Assembly: GCA_015680685.1 (NCBI GenBank)
Contig: MNCI01001288.1
Location: forward strand, 62,115 to 126,000
DNA: 63,886 nt
Reading direction: 5' to 3'
Source of the DNA: Gnetum montanum
Taxonomy: Eukaryota; Plantae; Gnetophyta
Shown: positions 34,601 to 44,900 of the stretch, piece after piece
Layout of the letters: every line of letters starts with the position of its first letter
How positions within the stretch are numbered: the first letter of the stretch is position 1
Program-made: the position numbers and the translations under genes
Notes under the pieces: generated by a model
What the model was told of the DNA's origin: nothing
Databases searched by the model: none
Seen by the model: the letters and a program-made list of their open reading frames with translations, nothing else

Positions 34601-37181
34601 CTTTATGACAATAGAACCTAATATAATAATACCTTTTAGAAAAAAAATGAATATCTTTCTAGTTTTGGGTTGATCTTGGACTTGTTAGAAAACTCGTTCT
34701 ACAATCTATTAAATGGTAAAATTTCAAATTAATTGGAATTTATTTGATGATTCAAATCTGGCCCAAAAGGGAGGGGGTTTGGAATAAAATTGTTCAGCAT
34801 TCAAAATAGAAAATGCTGATTCGCAATATGAATATCTCTGCAATCCGAGAGAGTTATGGAGTGAATGAATACTTGATACAAAGTTCTTTCAACAATCTAT
34901 CTGGCTACAACGTTTGGACTTAATTTGTGCTAATTTGCTAATTGAAATCTGTAACGCAAGAGTGGCCCTAAATGTGATTGTTCAACTTCTTGATTAATGA
35001 GAATTGGTAAATAGGATGAAATGAGGATGGATGAACTTGTAATAGGATAAATTGGGAAATCGAGAATGGGATTGTAGATGACAAAGAGGATATGAGATAA
35101 TGGGATAAATTGTGGGATTGCTTCAATGACATCAATTGCTTCACTTACAAACATGATTTACCCACATATTTATAATGAAATGATGGGACCATAATAGAAT
35201 ATTATAGGACAAGCCTATTTTATGGGAAACTAGGCTGGAAATTCAAGAGACATAAGAAGTTGGGGCCATTCTCTAATTACATGGAGCAGGCGGGAGTCCG
35301 CTATGCAGGGCATCCAACAGGCGGCAAACTTCATGGACACTAAGGAGCATCGCAACACCTTGGGCCTGCTCCATGAGCTTGAACATCCGTATTGCGTCTG
35401 CCATCATTTGCCGACTCGCCCCTAAGGGCCCCTCCCCCACCGGCGACACAGGTTCTTTTTGCTCCTTCTTCCCCCCACGCTTTTGGTTTTTGCCCCCCTC
35501 CCTTTGTTGTTGATGGGGGTGCCCTCCCTTTGTTGTTGATGGGGATGCGCACTCCCCCCCCCCCCCCCCGGGGGAACGTTTTGTCGATTGGGATGCCGGT
35601 GTTTTGCATGGGGGTCTCCACCCCCTCCTTTTTTCTCGGCAGGCCATTTCTGATGACCCTCGAATTGTATACTCTTGTACTATAATTTTTCAATAATACA
35701 ATCCCGAACATTCTCTCTCAAAAAAAAGTAAAAATAATAGAATTTCCTATTTTGTCTTATGTGCCATAATAATTCAAATATAAATTACATAGCTTTGGTC
35801 CATATTTTAGAAAAAAGTTATTTTGGTTTCACTTGATTTTTCTCTTTTCTTGAAGTTTGAACTTTGTCTTCATGCTTTCACTTGTCTTTGTTGTATTTCA
35901 ATGTATAAATATGGCCTTCAATCACTTTGAATTTGGGCTTATTGAATTCATTTCTCTATCTTGCTTTTAAACTGCAACATAGGCATCTAAAATAAGTGGA
36001 GTAAGAATTTCCAAAGTGCATACTAGAACCAACATATTGTAAGTCTTAATACCTTGCATCACACCTTTCACCATGAAAGAAAAGTTAAAAAACATTGCTT
36101 CTCACATGTATGCCACACCTTCAATTATTTCACTAACCAATCCAGCATCTCCTACTAATTCAAATTTATCTTTTACGAGATACTCGTTACAAATTGACAT
36201 TTGTTTTTATATTCAAATTTTGATATTTTATGACATGTAGTATCGTTGATTGTTTTGTCCTTAAGGTTGCAACATAAAAATATAGCGAACCCTGGCATGC
36301 AAAATAATGAATACAGCAAATCATATGGGAAGAAAAAAAATGTGAACATACATGAATACAATAGAGTAAGCTAATTACTATAAGCAGGGGAGTTTTTATC
36401 TCAATTAATCTTCCTTCATGTAAGAATTTGTCAACATTTAAACTGGGCACGTCTTTCCTCCCTGAATTTGATCCCACCATTTACGTATTCAAAATATTTA
36501 CGTAAAGAAAACTAGGAGCAAAAACTTTCATAAGATTTTGACATATTCTCCTACAGGGATTGTTATACCATCAACTAATGAGTGGTCATTCTGGTAACCT
36601 TGTTACTAGCTGTCAGCAACAATTTTATAATTCTATGATTTTCGCAAAGAAACAATGCAGAAGACAGGCAGACTAGTCAAGCACATAGGTGTGCAATTTT
36701 GAGTTCTGCAGTGGCAGTGATTGATAAAAGACTTATGGGTATGGATGATTAAAAATAGAACTACAAATGGTTAGAAATGGTAACCAGAACAGTTGCTTCA
36801 CCTGAAGATCCCTAACTGTTTAGTGTATGCCGACAGGTACCTGAAAACTGGGCAAAAAGTTCTGTTGCCAGCCTTTTGAGATAAGAACTGAGAGCACCTG
36901 CTGATATCAGGCCCCTCGGCAGCAAGTAGCACCGAGCTACAACCTAACATCATCCACACAAAAATAAAATTAACACCCACTTAGCAGCGGATAATAACAG
37001 AGCTCAGCTGCTCAAGTGAAGTAAGCATTAAATTTACTTGTGAAACTTAAGAGATCGTCACAATCTTGGATTCAAGTTCGTGTGAGAATTTGTTTAAATT
37101 TTGCAAACGAAATCGAAGATGGATTAAAATGAAAGTGTTTTAACCTGTTGGACATAACCTGGCTGACATTGCCAGATTCAT
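3226..37181 (-). CDS. At3g59300/At3g49140-family uncharacterised protein (split-barrel-like, probably plastid-targeted); 9 coding exons, 3'-incomplete in window
   Basis: Exons 37145-37181, 36841-36943, 14372-14603, 14178-14286, 13982-14049, 13740-13871, 13466-13597, 8197-8544, 3226-3378 all have GT-AG borders and compatible phases (1314 nt = 438 codons, no stops). Family motifs recognised: GYH..E.L...LTDAETARTILEAN, YVTDEYGDIYFQVKNDEDIL, MDKPSKGL..G..RP, SLYKLEI, VSLQDFQKAEPDILAHS, ALMALCK. The expected final 'GVDSLG...LLFPR' exons were not found in 1-3225. Confidence 0.9.
3566..5715 (-). mobile_element. L1 LINE, 5'-truncated and internally deleted: ORF2 linker and N-half of RT joined to a coiled-coil/J-domain ORF and 3' UTR (copy 1)
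   Basis: EEETYWKQQS*IRWLREGDRETEFF, KALGPDGWSLEFFK, RFRPIGVCN, NQTGFV, LKLDITKAYDTLSW, RGLRQGDP (~4620); junction to the J-domain ORF (~4610-3820); 3' end TAATATAATCCTGAACATTCTCTC-AAAA. Confidence 0.85.
3820..4610 (-). pseudogene. LINE-borne ORF: coiled coil + J-domain (3880-4071) + HxxxHPxCxCH tail
   Basis: One frame interrupted only by TGA/TAG stops (CGA/CAG decay): KWDEALALAQTELETYF*EQE*ELIWYQALLAEAAQAQ...EEAERAQQEREQDEERQR*RQLDRAHEQSACQWLRDGWCLYIVLGISYNCLWGKLR*HIHRTSVHFHPNRGTLVEEQNRQGSTMQAIQQAANFVDSKLHRNMLDILHAIEHPHCACHRLSTCP*. Confidence 0.75.
6828..6847 (-). mobile_element. LTR-end/PBS junction of a decayed LTR retrotransposon (tRNA-Met PBS)
   Basis: - strand reads ...ATCAACA-TGGTATCGGAGC, near the canonical TGGTATCAGAGC PBS; element limits unresolved. 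Confidence 0.45.
7405..7681. repeat. Direct tandem duplication, period 141 bp, two near-identical copies
   Basis: CATCTTCATTGGCAATCGTC...TTAACTTAGTTGT starts at 7405 and 7546 with about 3 mismatches. Confidence 0.95.
8197..8544 (-). CDS. Host gene exon 8 (VASTDYSKVMDKPSKG...FDGNQ)
   Basis: ATGTAG|GTT acceptor, CAA|GTAAGT donor, 116 codons, family motifs. Confidence 0.92.
9763..10658 (+). mobile_element. Solo LTR (~896 bp)
   Basis: TGTTGG...CCGTCA termini, perfect 5-bp TSD ATCAT, TATA-like CTATAAAT at ~10471. Confidence 0.75.
13008..13280 (-). mobile_element. Short 5'-truncated LINE 3' end
   Basis: GT-rich UTR ending TAATATATTCCCGAAAACTTGCTC-poly(A); TGAATTT on both flanks (candidate TSD). 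Confidence 0.6.
13466..14603 (-). CDS. Host gene exons 3-7 (compact cluster with short introns)
   Basis: YGRRDAF...ARTILE | ANNEAVV...VTDEYG | DIYFQVKNDEDILRSLSTSNSPV | HCLIGLES...DFYDE | FWNQL...IDPMEFSTILAE; canonical splice sites. Confidence 0.92.
15050..16215 (-). mobile_element. Ty1/Copia RT-RNase H remnant
   Basis: WKIHQLDVKSGFLN, VCKLKKSL..LK*AP.AWY, KEVDWIRKLL...IFMDNYS...RHIGTKFH.I.E...QVADILTKPL; many stops and frameshifts. Confidence 0.85.
16438..16512 (+). mobile_element. Degenerate tRNA-derived SINE head
   Basis: A-box-like TAGACTAGTGG and B-box-like GGTTCAATTCT about 30 bp apart; no cloverleaf. Confidence 0.3.
16945..17210 (-). mobile_element. Short 5'-truncated LINE 3' end
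   Basis: Poly(T) on + followed by a GC-rich UTR; - strand ends TAATGCATCTCGACTTTTACTC-poly(A), related to the other LINE ends. Confidence 0.6.
18447..18456 (+). promoter_or_regulatory. TATA box (CTATAAATAC), candidate promoter of the + strand accessory gene
   Basis: Consensus plant TATA ~590 bp upstream of ATG 19039. Confidence 0.45.
19585..19657. repeat. (CT)n microsatellite in intron 2 of the accessory gene
   Basis: Imperfect then perfect CT run. Confidence 0.9.
20219..20481 (+). repeat. 132-bp (44-codon) tandem duplication inside exon 4 of the accessory gene
   Basis: ACAGCTRTGATTGACTACGCCAG...GGAAGGACTAYAGC starts at 20219 and 20351. Confidence 0.9.
21280..21510. repeat. 27-bp tandem array TAGTTTAAGGCCATTTCGGGCCATCGC (5 + 2 copies)
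   Basis: Directly visible; lies downstream of gag-pro, a usual place for arrays in Tat/Ogre elements. Confidence 0.9.
22945..26085 (-). pseudogene. Second spliced retroelement accessory gene, plant-mobile-domain/Transposase_32-like
   Basis: TATAAATAG on - at 26077-26085; CAG|GTAAGT donors at 25831 and 24036; segments LQWVGLMDLFL...LVDSF...FSDLFGVP and YNWAKYLVDGLR...HVHFAFFVACL resemble plant TE accessory domains; exon chain only partly resolved. Confidence 0.5.
24910..25370. repeat. Array of AAATTTTTCTAAGTGTT + GTCACGCTC-N5-GAGCGTGAC hairpin units
   Basis: About five hairpin units, 50-110 bp apart; related CTAAGTG-containing units at 17280-18010. Confidence 0.8.
26531..27603 (+). mobile_element. 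Ty3/Gypsy (Tat/Ogre-like) reverse transcriptase pseudogene, cut off by a LINE insertion
   Basis: VFAWSYKDM, WVSNILVVPKKNG, IDF*DLNKA, LLSFMDG..YNQI, TPWGTFCY.MPFGLKNA.ATYQRAM, YVDD, LNPKKCVFG, VDPDKVKAI. Confidence 0.92.
27604..28969 (+). mobile_element. 5'-truncated LINE 3' portion with coiled-coil/J-domain ORF (copy 2)
   Basis: Colinear with copy 1 from ~27990; KWDEALTHAQAKLETHFQEQEQELLWQQTLLAEAAQAQ...CRYIVLGINCDYSWGVLQRHIR*TSTRFHPNWG...MQAI**ATNFVNSKLHRNTLDILHALKHPHCACHRLPTDP* (stop 28728); ends TAATATTATCCCAAACATTCT-poly(A). Confidence 0.8.
28970..29946 (+). mobile_element. RTE-clade LINE 3' fragment
   Basis: RLHQG.ALSP, ILWCMLFIDDII, SKMEYMEC; (GAT)5 tail. Confidence 0.8.
30330..31188 (+). 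mobile_element. Solo LTR (~859 bp)
   Basis: TGATG...TACCA termini, perfect TSD CCTTG, AGACATCTCC repeats upstream of TATAAATAGG (~30811). Confidence 0.8.
33900..35280 (+). mobile_element. Highly decayed L1 ORF2 remnant
   Basis: Scattered motifs such as PK..GGLGI at ~34765; otherwise riddled with stops. Confidence 0.35.
35284..35727 (+). mobile_element. Short 5'-truncated LINE 3' end carrying the intact C-terminus of the J-domain ORF (copy 3)
   Basis: 35303-35425 MQGIQQAANFMDTKEHRNTLGLLHELEHPYCVCHHLPTRP*; C/G-run UTR; ends TAATACAATCCCGAACATTCTCTCTC-poly(A). Confidence 0.85.
36841..36943 (-). CDS. Host gene exon 2 (GCSSVLLAAEG...FCPVF-S)
   Basis: Acceptor TTAG|GT, donor TTCAG|GTACCT; ends phase 2 as the exon at 14603 requires. 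An in-frame alternative donor (CAG|GTGAAG, exon start 36802) would add 13 codons. Confidence 0.6.
37145..37181 (-). CDS. Host gene putative first coding exon (MNLAMSARLCPT-G)
   Basis: ATG at 37181-37179, donor CAACAG|GTTAAA; phase 1 matches the next exon. No family conservation in this presumed transit-peptide region, so inferred from phase only. Confidence 0.5.
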
Positions 37182-38199
37182 GGGATGGTTCAGGTTTTGC
37201 TGTGTTCACCGAAATGTTGCCCACTAAAGCTGCTGGAATAGCACGTGCCCAACCCGATGAACATCTCCGTATCTGCACACAGATGATTTCTTTCTCTGTA
37301 TCTCAGACAAAATATCTTATCTTTTTCGCAGGTACAAAAGAATGCTAATTAAAATTAGAATCCAGCCGGATCAGTATGCAAAATTTCATGGAAATTAGTT
37401 TGCACGAAGTATTTACTTAACGTTACGATGCCATGGCTTTTTATTTATTATTATTATTATTTTAACGTTAGGGTGCCGTGGCATGGTAATGTTCAAAGGG
37501 GAGCGACGAATGCTTTGCGATGAGTGCAATTTCAGGCATTTAGTCAACTTAATACTGTAAAAGAAATATAGAGCAAGGCAACGTTGTTTATGTCAGATTC
37601 TAAAGAGAAAAAATGAATAATAATATTAAAAAAAATAGAGGAAAGAACAAGAAGTCAAAGACACTTCCAAATGCAAAGAAATAAAGTAGATAAAGCAAGT
37701 TAGTCACTAAGCATTGATGCTTGGTTGAAAGTTGTTAGAAATTCTATATGTCTATATTCAAGCATGTTGTGCAACAAGACACTCAAAAAAAATGAGAAAA
37801 AGAGTCTTCACTTTCACAAAGAGGACTTTGAAGATAAATAATTTTCATATGTTTAAGACAAGTGTCGATGGAAAGATTATGACAAATAAGACCATACAAA
37901 ATACAAATTTTTGAAAAAATAGAAGCTCTCCAAATATCTCTTATTTTCCTCATCCAAAAGTGTAGTGATAATTGCATATTTCATGTATTATTGAATTTTT
38001 TATAAATAAAATCATTCTTTGTAATAATCTCATATGCAACTTTGGAGTTAAAAGGAAAAATAGATTTGCCATGCTTTTAAAAAATATCTACAAAAACTTA
38101 TTATCAACTTAAAAAAAATTCAAGGTTAAAAATTTCCTTTTAAAAATCTTTTTTTTTTCTCTTTCTATTTAAACCAAAGAGGCTAGAAGCCTCCCTTAA

Positions 38200-38958
38200 T
38201 GTAATCCATCTATTATGCATACATAGAAAGGAGTTGTTGTGATACCAAATTTTCTCTAAGTGGCACATAATCTAAATGACTTAGCAACCTAAACCCCTTT
38301 ATTAAAAGAAAGCCACCATAAGCTAATTTGTTGAAGCATTTCTTCTAAAATTGTAATATGATTGTAATTCCAATACTTACTAAGTTTGAACCATGTCTTT
38401 TAATTTTTTTTAAAAAACTAAAGAATCAAGGATAGCAGTAGCATGAGGAAAAAAAGATAATGAAGAAAGTTCTTAAATGACTAATTGTTATCATTTCTAG
38501 GTTTCTTGCATAAGTCTATTTCTTAAAAGGAGCATCCAAACATTATCTCCATCAAGGAACTTTGCAATCCATTTTGCTATGAGAAAAATACCGTAGTTAT
38601 AATAATTAATGAGGCCAAGCCCTCCATCTTTCTTGCAACTAGTGCAAATATTCCAAGTAACTCTAGAATAGCCTTCTTTTATGTTGCTTAGTAGACCAAA
38701 GAAACTAATGGATAATATGATTAATTCTATCATAAGAAATTTTATAAGGAGAGCAACAATTGAAGAAATAAATATGAGATGACTAAAGCATTTTCTTAAT
38801 AACTAAAACTTCGCTAGCAAAGCTGAGCTATTTTTCTTTCCATACATCAAGCTTGTTTATAATTTTATCAATGCATAATTCTACAATATAGTAAGATTAA
38901 GTTCAAAAGAAAAAGGTATTCATAAAATTTTGAAAATAAACTCTTTTTTCAAAAATGT
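38200..38958 (-). mobile_element. L1 ORF2 C-terminal remnant, target of the LTR element; probably continues at 46410-46800
   Basis: RVTWNICTSCKKDGGLGLIN...LIAKWIAKFLDGDNVWMLLLR. Confidence 0.7.
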
Positions 38959-41900
38959 TGATGAAGTGTATTTTGTCTAGCTTTGATATTGGAGGCCTAA
39001 TATCGGATACCCAATATTAGGGTTCAAGAAGCGATGTCGGATATTTGATATCATGGGAGGCATGCCAGCCTATAAATATAACACTTGGACACATGGTTTG
39101 GGCATTCTTTTGCCAATAGAGTAGTCAAACTCTTGCAATTTTATTCTATAGTCTCAGAGAATAGTTAGTGAGTGCCCAAAGTGTGGATCTGAGTCAATTG
39201 TACAACGTCATATTTAAGTGGCAATGTACCTGAACACATTCCATGAATAACAATAAGATCAAGATTGATTCTTATTCATTGCAGCACTTTGACTTAAATT
39301 AGATTTACTTTCCATGCAATTTACTTTTCATGTACTTAGTTAATATTTGTGTTTCCATGCATATTAATGAATTAGTGAAATGAGTGCGACCAATCTCAAG
39401 CATAAGCACATATTTGCTTGGTAACCCCAATAGCCGTATACTTATGTAGATGTACAACAAGCTACCACTTTGGACTAAATCATACGTGACAAAGCTACCA
39501 CTAGTCAAAATGGGAAGACAACGTCCTACGATCAATGCTTACCAATGTAGATGCCATACTAGTCCCATCCACAGAACTCAACTAGATCGTGCATGAACAC
39601 TTGTGAGTTGTATTGTTGGGTGTAGGAGGTACATGCCACTCATCATTGGTGCCATTGTCAAGGATGGTGCTAGCTATCTAGATTAGTTATATTATATACG
39701 ATCATTGTAAATACATTAGTGATTTATCTTTCAAAAAATATTAAGTCACACACATCATAAACTAACAACAATGTCTCTTTCACATGGAAGCGATAATGCA
39801 TCTTATGAAGAGAACATTCATTAGAGAACTAATGAGATATATATTGAAGAAAATTGAAGTGACCAACCTCATGCAAGGGGTTCATATGTTCGTGACCATC
39901 CTAACTACACTCAAGAACTACATTCACCTAATGCAAACAATCCTAGAGGAGATGGAGTAAGTTCTAGATTGGGGAGGGCCTCAAGGTCTAAGACCTCCTC
40001 AAAACCTAGAAAAGATAAATCAAGGTACCATTGGTAGAACTATAGAAGCCATGGTGATTCTCCATGTTTCTCATCTTCCTCTTCCTCTTCAACATCTAGT
40101 TTTGATGAAGATGAATGTAGGTATAGAGATAAAGCTCCACTATGAGGTCAAAATAAGGATAGAAATTAACACCAAGGGCAAAATCAAAGACATTAAAATG
40201 AACATAGGCGAGATTATCACAATCATACAAATAGAAATAGAAATTTTCACTACTATATGTTTGATGCTAGTGAACCCTTGTTGGCCACTAAGAGCATGAT
40301 GTAGATTATAGAGGCAATTAAAATACCCCACAGGCATTGAAGGAAAGGTTGCATCAAAAGGCTTGATATGAATAACATCCCTAAATTTGCGGGAGGCTAT
40401 AATTTTGATCCACAACATCATTTACAAGCCTTCCATGATGCCTGCATCTTACAAAACATTGAAAGTGAGTAGAAAAGCCTTAGGCTCTTTCCTAGGACAC
40501 TCATAGACAAAGCTGAAGTATGGTATAGATCATTGAAACCAAATTTAATCCATCGATGGTCCACAATGCTAGAACTCTTCAACGAGAAATACCAAACCTA
40601 TGCGATGGTGTCCAACCTAAGGAAATGAATCCAAGGATGGGAATAGGAACAACATGAACCCTTGGATATGGCTCTAAATAGATACTATTCTCTACTACAT
40701 AGATGTCCAAGCCATGAATTCTCTCAAAAAGAGCAACTTTTTCACGTCATAGATGGGCTTCGTAGTCAAATGAGAGAGACCCTTGTGATTTATGCCCAAG
40801 GTCGATTATACAAATTAAAAGCTCATTAGATACAAAGGCTAATCGAGCAAGTGGCAAAAGAAGAAGGAGAGCTATGTAAATGAGAGATTGTAAAGGAAAA
40901 TAACTGGGTTGCAACTCTCCAAAAGAAAAGGATCAATATCTATGATAAGGAAAAAGACACAGCTCTCAATGAGGTGATTTCACAACAAACCTTATCAATA
41001 CAAAAGTCTATTGATGAGCTTGAAGTAAGGCTAGATAAGGTGTGGGAGTTAATGAATGACAAAGTTACAAATTACATAAAAATCGTGGAGGAGAAAGTAA
41101 CACAAAATGAATCAAGTGATCAAAACAAGAGGAGGAAAAAGAACCAAGAAATAGTTAGGAACACTTGATGACAAAAAAGGAAAATAGCTATAGAAGAAGA
41201 GGTTATAGACTCAACCATAGAAGAGGATGATGGATGTGACATCTACCTATATGACCATCCAAAGGATTATTGCCTAGTCATGTTATATTTACATGAGTAT
41301 ACAACTTTTTCTTTGAATCCCAAGTTTGTACAAAAGTAAATGCTTAGGAAATTACCTTACTCATAAGGTAATTATAGATAGTCCTACAACCAACTATACT
41401 ATCTTAGTGGGACTTCTTATCAACCTTAAAACTACTTTCAACCACAATGGCAAAACCCATAATCATGGGGGAGGCCATCATCAAACTAGCACTACCCTTA
41501 TTGTCAGCTAGACCCATCTGGATACTATGTTCAACAACCTGTTTTCCCAACTAGTTCTACTTTCCCTACCTCAAATCACTACTACCACTTTCCTGAGTAT
41601 CATCAACTTGTAACATCTTATGAAGGATCACCATCTCACACCTCTCATCCTTCATCATATCCTCAATATTTTCATACTTCCCTCCACCATATGTCATCAC
41701 CAATAATATAGGAAGGTTTAGTATCACAACATCAATGAAAGAATGCCACTTGTGTTGTGAACATACATGGAAATGATAATGCTACTAGATCTCAACCACA
41801 ACCTTAGAAACATCCTTTCTTTAGGATAGTTCCCATGCATAAGCATAAAACACGTAGATCTACTAGCACATCAAAACCAACATAAGGCCAATCTGGTGCA

Positions 41901-44900
41901 ACAACTATCCCTGCCAAAACAATGCCTCCTAATCATACGCAAAAGCCAACAACCATCATCACTCTAGCATAGGATGGAAATGATGAACACATCATTGTGG
42001 AGAGACAGAAATCATCATGCATCACTAATAATGATAAAGGGTGTAGTTGTGAGTTGGAAATTCAAAATATTAACACAACCTACAACAAAGCTAAGGAACA
42101 AGTGTGTGAGCAAAAACTAGTCTACGTAGTAGCCACTAAACTAGAAGACACCTAGTGGCTTAAAAATGAGACTAGAAAGCTATTTCAAAGATGCATGGAA
42201 GCAACTACTCCACTTATAAGTTCTAGACTTAAGAAAACAAACCAAATAGAGGACTTAGACATAGATATCTTACACTTTAATTATACACTAGAAGAGGATA
42301 TTAAACATGGAGACCTAGGAATTAAAATAGAAAATCAAGAAGAAGAAGAAGCAAACACATCTGGATCTCCAAAATAGAAATACCTTCAAGTCCAAATGAA
42401 GATACATCTCTAAATGATCCAAATGAGACTATTACCAATGTTAGATGTGCTACCACACAATTAATTAAATCAGTAATAGTTTTTTTTGGAAAACTAGTGG
42501 TGTATAATTAGGGGATTGTGTGATCCATCTCCCAAATGTGTGGCCATAAGATTAGTCATGGGGGAGATGCTCTATCCTGGTTCAAGAACTAATAAATGTT
42601 TTTCACTTTTTTGTTTTACAATTCTTTATCATTTTCCTATTTCTTCCAAAATTTTCTGATTTTTAATATGTTTTCCATTTCTTAATATTTTTCTCTTTTT
42701 TTTGAGTTATTTTTTTATGTTTTATAAATTTTTTTCTTATGCTTTCATTAATAATATTGCCACTCATGATGCAAAAGTCAACGCTATGTGTTGAGAGTTT
42801 GTGCTATGCTATCAAGATGATTGGGTAAGTAATTGTGTAAAACAGTGAGACCACCTCATCCATCCCTCTAGTTCTCTAAATAAAAGGTCTTTTTCATGGA
42901 AAAAGTTTGGTTCTTCTTTCATGAAACTAAAATTAATCAATGATCATTGCACCTTGACGAAAGAGGGAATGACCAAGTGAGAATGGTAAGGGTGTGACCC
43001 CAAGGGGATTTGTTGGGTTCTCTTATTGACTTCCTTTATGTGGTTTATGACTCCTCAAGGAATGTATCATCACTCCTTTGTTGACCACTAAATAGGAAGC
43101 TATGTCTTTGCATGGTGTGGTTTCCATTTCAAAAAAATTTAAAATCCAAAAAAAAGACAACCAAAAAATGAAAAAATAAATAAAAAAATTATTAAAAAGA
43201 AGAAGAAGAAAAAAAAATAATAATAATGGGAATTCAAAGCACATCCCATAGACACAATAATGAGCTACAAGCATTGGTTATGGGGCTAGAAATACATGTT
43301 ATCCATGCCTAAAGGCACCTCTCTAACTAAGGCCCTTCCTTCCTTCTTCTCTTTTTGGAGTGATGATTATTCTTTGAGGTGGTTGTGGACTCATGGTTAT
43401 TGATGGGACGCGATATCGCATGGGTTGCGATATCACGTCGGCCCCTGCGATATCGCATACGTGATATCGCAGCCCATCGCCTTGTCTATAAATAAGAGGC
43501 ATCTTTCCCTTGTAAGATTATCTAGATCTAGACCCTTAGCTAAACTTTGGTAGTTTTACCATTCTAGAGATAGAATAATTTCCATGTGTCCACAGTAGGA
43601 GTCTCAAAGTGAACGAATCTTTATTCGAGCAAATTGTAACTGAGCACACATTTGTGTACCGAAATAAAGACAAACTTTCTGATAAACCTTGCAGTGCATG
43701 GACTAAGCTAATTATGATTTAATTAATGTTAAATGCTTAAATTCTTTCTTAGATAATTAATCTCTCTCAACCCTCAACTCCTACTTAAGTGCATTCAGTA
43801 TGACCGCTTCGAGCATGTGTGCTACGCTTGGTAACCCAGTAACGAATAGTGTTTGGTAATCCCAGTAGCGTTGCACTGGTTTAGGGTGTGTACGGCAAGT
43901 GGAAACGGATATTGATGCTAGGACGATTAAAGCTTAGTTAGTAAAAGTTAGTTACTTAGTCTCTTCACCCTTTCCTCTCTTAGCATAGGCGATAAAAAGA
44001 TAAAAGTTATAAAAATCATATACCTCAGACTTACTTAACCATACAACCGTGACAATACAAGTAAGTTTGGGAAGACAACGATTGATTAACCTTAAGTGTT
44101 CCATAAGGTGCATAAGCACTTAGTCCTTGGAGTTCGACTGGATCACGCGTGAGACGCTTGTATTCGTATGGTTGAGTGTAGGGGTACCTCGCCACTCATC
44201 AATTATCGAGAGGAAGGAACACATCAATGTGAGCTCACTATTCATGGTATGGACTTGGTCTGAACTTGGATAGATACTTATGCTGATCATTTTAATCATA
44301 TTTTTCACAATATCCTATTGTGGACATGGTTAAGTATCTTATATCTTGATCTTTGCAATCCCTTCTTATCCCATTATTCACCTCACTACTGCATGTAATT
44401 ATGAACCTTTTTATTTTGTGTAGTATAGTGCAACATTCCAACAATGACAGTTGTGTGTTGTTTGGAACAAAGGCATAGTCTACATTTAACTTCTTAGGTG
44501 CCCATGGACATCTATAAAAGTTGTTAGGCAAGGGCATTATGGTAGGAGCCTACTTTGTGGAGGACCCACTTGCATAACTTTTTGTTGATCATGGCTTCAA
44601 ACTAACCTTCACATCTTTGAAAACATCAATGATGATTTCTCTAAATTTATGCATAATTTTGGGACTAATTCTCATTCATTTCATTAATTTTTTCTACTTT
44701 TCTATTTCCATATCCATTAATATTTCTTGGCAATCTTCTAAATTAGAGCTTTGGTTTCAATTATTTGAAAACTTATGTGCTTTGAAATTTTTTTAAAAAA
44801 TTTCTAACATCCTATTTTCAAACATTATGGTAACTAATAATAATTGACCAAAATAAGATGAACAACTTGATGATTTTAGTTACCTCATAGCCTTGGGCAT

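Noticed and set aside
35273-35711. Minus-strand 123-124 aa ORFs as genes
   Set aside because: Antisense read-through of a GC-rich LINE 3' end; the conserved frame is on +
36841-37272. Alternative frame IRRCSSGW...SQ|VVARCYLL as coding exons
   Set aside because: Ends in phase 1, incompatible with the phase-2 acceptor at 14603, and has no start codon
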